Source: Bdellovibrionota bacterium (GTDB lineage Bacteria; Bdellovibrionota_G; JALEGL01; DATDPG01). From it: a DNA stretch of 64,000 nucleotides. The position numbers and the translations under genes are program-made. How positions within the stretch are numbered: position 1 is the stretch's first letter; every line of letters begins with the position of its first letter. The stretch covers positions 1,600,001-1,664,000 of the forward strand of contig OY764265.1 of assembly GCA_963668355.1 (NCBI GenBank), in the 5' to 3' direction. This document shows positions 58,453-64,000 of this stretch, piece by piece. Below the pieces are notes generated by a model. The model made no database searches, was not told where the DNA came from, and saw only the letters and a list, made by a program, of their open reading frames with translations.

Positions 58453-59366
58453 AAGATCTCTTTTCCTGGTTCGTTCCGAATGCCGCCTCGTTGCTTTCTG
58501 GGGAAGTAGATGGGGTGTTGTTTTTCATTTTTCTTCTCTCGCTCGTTATTTTGGGAACCGTGGCCGGATTGATTCTTTTTTATCTGATTCGAGCCTGGGA
58601 AAAGGGGGGGAGAAAAGAGGCCTCCAGTGATTCTCTGAAACCGTTTCACTTTACGGGGCTGGCCCTCGGGCTGTTTTTTCTTTTAGGCCTTATCGGAATT
58701 TTTGTTTGGGGATTTAAAGTTTTCGTTAGTCATCAAGTGGTTCCCCGAGACCCTGTCGAAATTGAAGCTAGGGTTGACGACGATGGGTGGACATTTGGTT
58801 ACGATAACGGTGTTAGCCAAAAAGAACTTGTGGTGCCTGTGGACCGGCCTGTGAATCTTCACTTTCATACGGAAGGAAAGACTCAGACGCTTTCCGTTCC
58901 CGACTTTCGATTCAAAGGGGAGGCTGTCTACGGAAGAAAGACAACGGCTTGGTTTCAAGCCGAAAAGACGGGAAGCTTTCCCATCATTGGAACGGCTGAA
59001 AATGTGAAAGTGGTTTCCCTTGAGGATTTTGAGAAATGGATTCAAGAAGGGGTAGCGGCTCAGACACAAGGCTCTCCCGCTGAATTGGGGGCCAAGCTGT
59101 ATCAACAAAATGCTTGTTTTACTTGTCATAGCGTTGATGGAAGTCCTGGAGTCGGACCCACATGGAAGGGATTGTATGGGACGCAAGAGCAGTTGACCGA
59201 TGGAACGCAAGTCGAAGTCAATGATGAATACATTAAAGAGTCGATTTTGGATCCAATGGCTAAAGTGACGAAGGGCTTTCAGCCCGTGATGCCTCCCTAT
59301 CAGGGAATGCTAACCGATGAACAAATTGCGGCCATCACGGCCTACATCAAAACATTGAAGGACTGA
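58449..59366 (+). CDS. coxB: Cytochrome c oxidase subunit II homologue with fused cytochrome c, lacking CuA ligands
   Basis: Two TMs, cupredoxin scaffold ('WTFGY', 'ELVVPVDRPV', 'AWFQAEKTG'), C-terminal CFTCH...MPPY; no CxExCGxxHxxM. Confidence 0.85.
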   Translation: MKDLFSWFVPNAASLLSGEVDGVLFFIFLLSLVILGTVAGLILFYLIRAWEKGGRKEASSDSLKPFHFTGLALGLFFLLGLIGIFVWGFKVFVSHQVVPRDPVEIEARVDDDGWTFGYDNGVSQKELVVPVDRPVNLHFHTEGKTQTLSVPDFRFKGEAVYGRKTTAWFQAEKTGSFPIIGTAENVKVVSLEDFEKWIQEGVAAQTQGSPAELGAKLYQQNACFTCHSVDGSPGVGPTWKGLYGTQEQLTDGTQVEVNDEYIKESILDPMAKVTKGFQPVMPPYQGMLTDEQIAAITAYIKTLKD

Positions 59367-59367
59367 C

Positions 59368-60819
59368 ATGGATTCGACGCGCAAAACATATGACAGACCT
59401 TGGATGGTTTATCTTGAGTCTCGCCGTGTGGGCCTCATGTACTTAGCTTTGGTGGCAGTCGGGGCTTTGCTGGGATGTGTTTCAGCTGTGGGAATGCAGG
59501 TGGAGCGATTTAGTCCATCTTTGGATTTATTTTCTCCGGAAGCTTATTCGCTTTTGCTTTCTTTGCATGGCGTAGCCATGATCTTTCTCTTTTTGCTTCC
59601 TGCCATTCCGGCCGTGATTGGAAACCTGGCGCTTCCCGGTCTTTTAAAAACTCAAAATTTTCTTTGGCCTTATCTTAATCTTTTTGGGTGGGTTAAATAT
59701 GCCTTGGGTTTCGGTTTCATATTGCTGGGTGCGGCCATGGGTGGAACCGATGTGGGTTGGACATTCATGGTTCCAAAGTCTTTGGTTGCGAGTGGTGCTG
59801 TCATTGTCTGGGCCTTAGGCGTGATGGTGATTGCCTCGGCGATTGCTTGTATCGGCGTGAACACGCTTCTAACGATCCACTTTGGCAAGGGAGAAGGCGT
59901 GGCGTGGAAAGATTTTTCCATTTTTATGTGGTCTCTTTATGGAACTGCGATCCTTCAGGTCTTGGTTTCTCCTTTGATTGTTTTGGCATTTTTTCTGTTG
60001 ATTGTGGAGAGTCTCACTGGAATCGGATTTTTTGGTCCTGAGGCATCCGGAGATCCTCTGATCTATAAGTATCTTTTTTGGTTATTTGGCCATGCAGCGG
60101 TTTTTATGATGCTGCTCCCGGCTTTGGGTGTCCTGATGGATCTCTTGGTGCAGTACACCCGCAGGGCATTGTCTGGAAAATTTACGTTAATCGGAGCGGT
60201 TTTTTTGACTGTGGTTCTAGGCGTATTGGGTTTTGGTCACCATTTGACGTTGGAGGGACAAATTCCCGTTTTTTCCGTACTCTTTCAATTCTTTGCATTG
60301 ATTTCCTTATTTCCCTTAGGTCTTTTTTTGCTACATGCACTGATTCATCTTTGGAAAGGCTCACTCGAGCTCAATACAACGGTTCTGTATGTTCTGTTTG
60401 TCCTTTTTAATCTCGCCATGACCTTAATGGCCCAGTTGGCCTTGTTTAATGGGGCTACCGGACCTTATTTACATGGAACACAATTTGAAGCGGCTTATAT
60501 GCATACCTTGCTTTTGGGAACTGTTGGTTTTTCATTTCTTGCAGCCTTGCATCACTACTGGCCGAAAATCTGGGGGCGAAAAGTCAGTGAATGGGTAGGG
60601 GCCATTGCTGCAATTCATGTGTTTCTCTTCTTTGAGCTTACGTTTATTCCCATGTTTTTAGCTGGCTTGAAGGGGTTGCCTTCGGGGCTTTCTCTTTATC
60701 CGGAGGCCTTTGTGGGGTATCAAAGAACATCTGCCATTGGGGCGCTCTTGCTTCTTCTTTCCTTGGCCCTCGTTGCCTACAATTTAATTGCTGCCATTTT
60801 TAAAGGGAAAAAAGCCTAA
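59368..60819 (+). CDS. coxA: Heme-copper oxidase subunit I homologue with non-canonical active site
   Basis: About 12 TMs; H67, 'GWTF', 'GDPLIY..LFWLFGH242', H291H292, 'YMH379', 'YWPKIWGR'. Confidence 0.88.
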   Translation: MDSTRKTYDRPWMVYLESRRVGLMYLALVAVGALLGCVSAVGMQVERFSPSLDLFSPEAYSLLLSLHGVAMIFLFLLPAIPAVIGNLALPGLLKTQNFLWPYLNLFGWVKYALGFGFILLGAAMGGTDVGWTFMVPKSLVASGAVIVWALGVMVIASAIACIGVNTLLTIHFGKGEGVAWKDFSIFMWSLYGTAILQVLVSPLIVLAFFLLIVESLTGIGFFGPEASGDPLIYKYLFWLFGHAAVFMMLLPALGVLMDLLVQYTRRALSGKFTLIGAVFLTVVLGVLGFGHHLTLEGQIPVFSVLFQFFALISLFPLGLFLLHALIHLWKGSLELNTTVLYVLFVLFNLAMTLMAQLALFNGATGPYLHGTQFEAAYMHTLLLGTVGFSFLAALHHYWPKIWGRKVSEWVGAIAAIHVFLFFELTFIPMFLAGLKGLPSGLSLYPEAFVGYQRTSAIGALLLLLSLALVAYNLIAAIFKGKKA

Positions 60820-61988
60820 TCAAGATTGGCCAAGTAGTTTTCGATGGCTTCTTGTGGGACCGTTCCGATGAAGCTTTTCCCTCCAATGAAATAGGTAGGG
60901 GTTCCCCGGATGTTTAAGGCATGTCCTGCTTGCAGGTCTGTTTGTATTTCCTCATTCGCTCTGGACGAGTGCATGCAGGCTTTCATTTTTTTCAAATCCA
61001 ATCTCAGCTCAGATATCAGGTCACTCAAAACAATGTCCTTCGCTCGGACATAGTCTAAAGCGAAGAAAATGGCGTCATTGGCTTTCCAAAACTTTTTTTG
61101 TTCTCCCGCACAAAATGCAAAACGAGAAAGTTCACAGGCTCGTTGATGAAAGGGGCGTGTGATGGATGGATTGCATGCTTGGTCGAGTGGGAAATGGCGG
61201 TGCACGAGTCGAATTTTGGTGGGATGGCGTTCCACCAATTGCCGGGTCATGCGATGAGATTTTCGACAAAACGGACACTCATAATCTGTGTATTCCATGA
61301 TTGAGATGATGGGATTTCGAGCCCCAATCCAGGGATGTCCTTCGGGAGTAAATCCAGTTTGAACGACGGGGGTGGTCTCCGGCGGAATCTTGCTTTCCTC
61401 AGACCAGTAGGTTGGATAGAAAACAAGGATGACGAGGACAACCAAAAGAGCCAAAATCAGAGTCAAGCTGGCTGCCAAAGGTCGAGAGAAAAAACTCCGG
61501 ATGTCTTGGAACAGAGCTTTTAAGGGATTTATCCGGAATTGACGCAGACAAAGGATGGAGAGGATTAGGAAAAGAAGATTTACGACATAAAGCGCATTGC
61601 AGAACAGGCAGATGGAGGCAATTCGCGTAATGGAAATAAAGGCCAGATAGGCAGAGAAGAAACTAAATCCCAGAGCTGAAAAGAACATCAATCCCAGGGG
61701 GGGCTTTTCTCCGAATAGCTTTTTTCGAAGTGTGGGAACGGCAACCAGTAAAAAGAGAGCCAAGTAGGAAAGCAGGCCCCAAACCGAGATGGGTATTCCC
61801 CAAAGAATCGAATACGAAGAAAGTGCGACCGTTTCACAGTTGATCTTGTCGCTGACGGCACAGACGGCTTCGTAGGCTGGATCTGTATGCGTTAGATAAT
61901 GAATGCGGGTCAGTTGAATTGAACAGAGGAGCCCAATGGTGGAAAGAAAAAGAAGAGAAACTCCGCAAAGCTTTGATTTTGTTGTCAT
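60816..61988 (-). CDS. VKOR-DsbA/thioredoxin fusion (disulfide bond formation)
   Basis: VKOR loop Cys pair (VCAVSDKINC) and 'ICLFC'; DsbA-like 'YTDYECPFC', 'RHFPL', 'RGTPT'. Confidence 0.92.
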   Translation of the reverse strand: MTTKSKLCGVSLLFLSTIGLLCSIQLTRIHYLTHTDPAYEAVCAVSDKINCETVALSSYSILWGIPISVWGLLSYLALFLLVAVPTLRKKLFGEKPPLGLMFFSALGFSFFSAYLAFISITRIASICLFCNALYVVNLLFLILSILCLRQFRINPLKALFQDIRSFFSRPLAASLTLILALLVVLVILVFYPTYWSEESKIPPETTPVVQTGFTPEGHPWIGARNPIISIMEYTDYECPFCRKSHRMTRQLVERHPTKIRLVHRHFPLDQACNPSITRPFHQRACELSRFAFCAGEQKKFWKANDAIFFALDYVRAKDIVLSDLISELRLDLKKMKACMHSSRANEEIQTDLQAGHALNIRGTPTYFIGGKSFIGTVPQEAIENYLANLD

Positions 61989-62012
61989 CGAATTATTTGG
62001 ATCAATGAATAT

Positions 62013-62040
62013 ATTTTGAACCTATGCACATAACTGTCAA
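62013..62040 (-). promoter_or_regulatory. Promoter of VKOR-DsbA containing an operator-like motif
   Basis: TTGACA-N16-CAAAAT enclosing TTATGTGCATAGGTTCAAAA, 16/20 identical to the core of the 62396 palindrome. Confidence 0.55.
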
Positions 62041-62102
62041 GCCTGCTTGAGAGGCGATCTCGTTTGTTTTTCCAACCCGATATTCTGTGTTAAAGAATGT
62101 AT

Positions 62103-62285
62103 ATGCCAACCTATGAGTATAAATGTGAAGCCTGTGGTCATCGCTTTGACGTGTTTCATAAGATTTCGGAACACCCCGAATTGGAATGCCCCAAATGCAA
62201 AGGGAAGGTTTCTCGAATGCCGAGTGTCGGAAGTGTGGGTGGGTCGAATTCTCCGGGTTCTTGTTTGCCTAGCGGAGGCCTTTGA
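62103..62285 (+). CDS. FmdB-family zinc-ribbon protein
   Basis: 'MPTYEYKCEACGHRF...CPKC'. Confidence 0.9.
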   Translation: MPTYEYKCEACGHRFDVFHKISEHPELECPKCKGKVSRMPSVGSVGGSNSPGSCLPSGGL

Positions 62286-62322
62286 CGAAAGTCCTAGGGC
62301 TTCAGTTCGAAGCTAAGATTTC

Positions 62323-62349
62323 AAAGCCTGCCTTCCGGTGGGCTTTTTT
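62323..62349 (+). terminator. Intrinsic terminator
   Basis: aaagcctgcc-ttcc-ggtgggcttt followed by a T-tract. Confidence 0.75.
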
Positions 62350-62388
62350 GTTTTCAACCCCTCATCGAAGCTGAAGATATATCTTATC

Positions 62389-62417
62389 TTGACTTATTAT
62401 GGGCATATGCTCATAAT
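62389..62417 (+). promoter_or_regulatory. Sigma70 promoter with 22-bp palindromic operator; leaderless start
   Basis: TTGACT-N17-CATAAT; palindrome ATTATGGGCATATGCTCATAAT (62396-62417); ATG begins at the 7th nt after the -10. Confidence 0.8.
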
Positions 62418-62423
62418 GAAGAT

Positions 62424-62876
62424 ATGCCGAGGCCAAAGTTACGTCGATGGATCGAATCGCATCCGACTCAAAACTGGTTCAAGCCAGCGGGAGTTACCTT
62501 GCGAAACTTGGAAGAAGTCGTTCTTTCTTTGGATGAGATTGAAGCCATTCGCTTGAGTGACTTGGAGGGCATGTATCAAGAAACAGCGGCAGAAAGAATG
62601 AATGTGTCTCGCCAGACGTTGGGGCGGATTCTGCAGTCTGCTCATCGCAAAATTGCGGAGGCTTTGGTTCAAGGAAAGGCCATTCGTCTCCAAGGAGGTT
62701 CCATACAAATGAGGGACAATCAAGAAAACGAAAAAAACCAGAAAGAAGAAAGATTAGGCACCAGAGGTCAAGGCGGGCGTCGGCAAGGGGGTAGGCAGGG
62801 TCGCGGTCGTGGGTGTGGACTGGGTCAAGGACGAGGGTCTAAAAGAGGCCGGGGTGGAGAAGGACGAGGAGGCTGA
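62424..62876 (+). CDS. DUF134 family HTH DNA-binding protein with Gly/Arg-rich tail
   Basis: 'MPRPK', 'FKPAG', 'EIEAIRLSDLEGMYQETAAERMNVSRQT'. Confidence 0.92.
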   Translation: MPRPKLRRWIESHPTQNWFKPAGVTLRNLEEVVLSLDEIEAIRLSDLEGMYQETAAERMNVSRQTLGRILQSAHRKIAEALVQGKAIRLQGGSIQMRDNQENEKNQKEERLGTRGQGGRRQGGRQGRGRGCGLGQGRGSKRGRGGEGRGG

Positions 62877-62877
62877 C

Positions 62878-63213
62878 ATGAAAATCGCCATTTCATCGAG
62901 TGGAAAAAAATTATCAGATCCCGTGGATGAGCGTTTCGGAAGAGCCGCTTATTTGTTGATTTATGACACCGAAGCCAAGCAGTTTTCCGCCTTGGATAAT
63001 CAGTCAAATGTGGAGGCCGCAAGTGGTGCGGGCCCTCAAGCTGTGGATTTCATTGCCACACATGGGGTCGAAGTTTTATTAACTGGAAATGTTGGGCCCA
63101 AGGCGGCCATGGCTTTGCACGCGGCAAAGATTAAGTCGTATGCGGTGACGGGCATCTCGGCCAAGGAAGCCATTGACCGGTATGAACGGGGTGAACTCAA
63201 CGAAATATCATAG
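62878..63213 (+). CDS. NifB/NifX-family (dinitrogenase FeMo-cofactor-like) protein
   Basis: RBS GAGGAGG; 'MKIAIS', 'RFGRA', 'GAGPQA', 'TGNVGPKA'. Confidence 0.9.
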   Translation: MKIAISSSGKKLSDPVDERFGRAAYLLIYDTEAKQFSALDNQSNVEAASGAGPQAVDFIATHGVEVLLTGNVGPKAAMALHAAKIKSYAVTGISAKEAIDRYERGELNEIS

Positions 63214-63224
63214 AAAAGGAGTGA

Positions 63225-63509
63225 ATGATGCCAAGAGGTGATCGAACGGGTCCCTTCGGAGAAGGACCAAGAACAGGAAGAGGAATGGGATTGTGCAATG
63301 GAAACCGGGTTCCAGGTTTCGGCCAAGGTCGCGGGCGTGGTATGGCTCAGGGCCGAGGATGGAGACGTGGAATCGGAAGCCAGCGCTTCGCTCAAGGAAA
63401 TGCAGGAAGCGAGAACGTTTCTTGGGAACAAATGGACCGAATGGAGCAGCTGGAAGGGATGTTGGAAGATCTCAAAGAAGAACTATTACGGTTAAAAAAC
63501 AAGAAATAG
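63225..63509 (+). CDS. DUF5320 family protein
   Basis: 'MPRGDRTGPFGEGPRTGRGMGLC', Gly/Arg-rich middle, C-terminal coiled coil. Confidence 0.85.
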   Translation: MMPRGDRTGPFGEGPRTGRGMGLCNGNRVPGFGQGRGRGMAQGRGWRRGIGSQRFAQGNAGSENVSWEQMDRMEQLEGMLEDLKEELLRLKNKK

Positions 63510-63541
63510 TTTGAGGACTTTATCAATATAGAGGTTTTGCA

Positions 63542-64000
63542 TTGATCATTTCCATTGCAAGCGGAAAAGGGGGTACAGGCAAGACCACCGTTGCCCTGTC
63601 TCTAGCTTCTGTGCTTTCGAAACGCGATGAAGGCGTAACGTTGCTGGATTGTGACGTGGAAGCGCCGAATGCTCATCTCTTTCTGCCCGCCAAACCCAAG
63701 AAAATTCGTGACGTCATGAAGTTGGTTCCGAAAGTGGATCCCCAAAAATGCGACGCATCGGGGATGTGTGGAAAGGTATGTGAGTTCGGAGCCATAATTT
63801 TATTGGGTAAGAAGGTTCTGGTATTCCCGGAACTATGTCACTCATGCAATGCGTGTTTGCGTTTTTGCCCAAGTCAGGCGCTGAGTGAGTCTCCTCATCC
63901 GATTGGAACTCTTGAAGAGATAGAGCAGGTGGACTTCCGCTTGGTGTTTGGTCGGTTGAACGTGGGCGTGCCTTCTGCCGTTCCACTGATCCAGGCCGTA
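63542..64000 (+). CDS. MinD-superfamily P-loop ATPase with inserted ferredoxin domain (partial, runs off the right edge)
   Basis: Manual translation from TTG 63542: 'IISIASGKGGTGKTT', 'DCDVEAPN', 'CDASGMCGKVC', 'CHSCNACLRFCP'. Confidence 0.9.
   Translation, partial: MIISIASGKGGTGKTTVALSLASVLSKRDEGVTLLDCDVEAPNAHLFLPAKPKKIRDVMKLVPKVDPQKCDASGMCGKVCEFGAIILLGKKVLVFPELCHSCNACLRFCPSQALSESPHPIGTLEEIEQVDFRLVFGRLNVGVPSAVPLIQAV

Noticed and set aside
58960..59020. Frameshift or selenocysteine hiding the CuA motif
   Set aside because: The frame stays open into the cytochrome c domain, has no in-frame TGA, and no CxxxC appears in the other forward frames; it is an in-frame loss.
62878..63213. Nitrogen fixation gene
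   Set aside because: NifX-like domains are common outside nif clusters and no nifHDK is present in the window.

Overview
Chromosomal window from a Gram-negative bacterium. The gene content (Bd0055-type histone, ACIII, DUF4388/PilZ proteins, large PilX-like pilins) suggests Bdellovibrionota or a Myxococcota-related lineage; this is inference. 1-14.4 kb is a Wzx/Wzy-type surface polysaccharide locus. 14.4-16.9 kb holds two tandem lipoprotein paralogues with constant-variable-constant architecture and a phage tail-fibre-like motif. 17-47 kb is mixed: a GGDEF cyclase, two separate PilW/PilX-like minor pilin pairs, malic enzyme, an M49 peptidase, transporters, hypotheticals, and a structured intergenic region at 27.7-28.1 kb. 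48-50.8 kb carries a zinc-finger-fused bacterial histone upstream of perR-ahpC. 50.9-60.8 kb is a complete alternative complex III operon (actA-G) followed by a strongly non-canonical heme-copper oxidase pair: subunit II has lost every CuA ligand, and subunit I keeps the low-spin heme and CuB histidines but has Tyr at the high-spin heme His position and lacks the cross-link Tyr and proton-channel residues. The window ends with VKOR-DsbA and a DUF134/NifX-like/ATPase operon that share an operator-like palindrome. Five sigma-54 promoters with IHF-like sites precede surface-structure genes. All family assignments come from reading motifs by eye; no database search was run.
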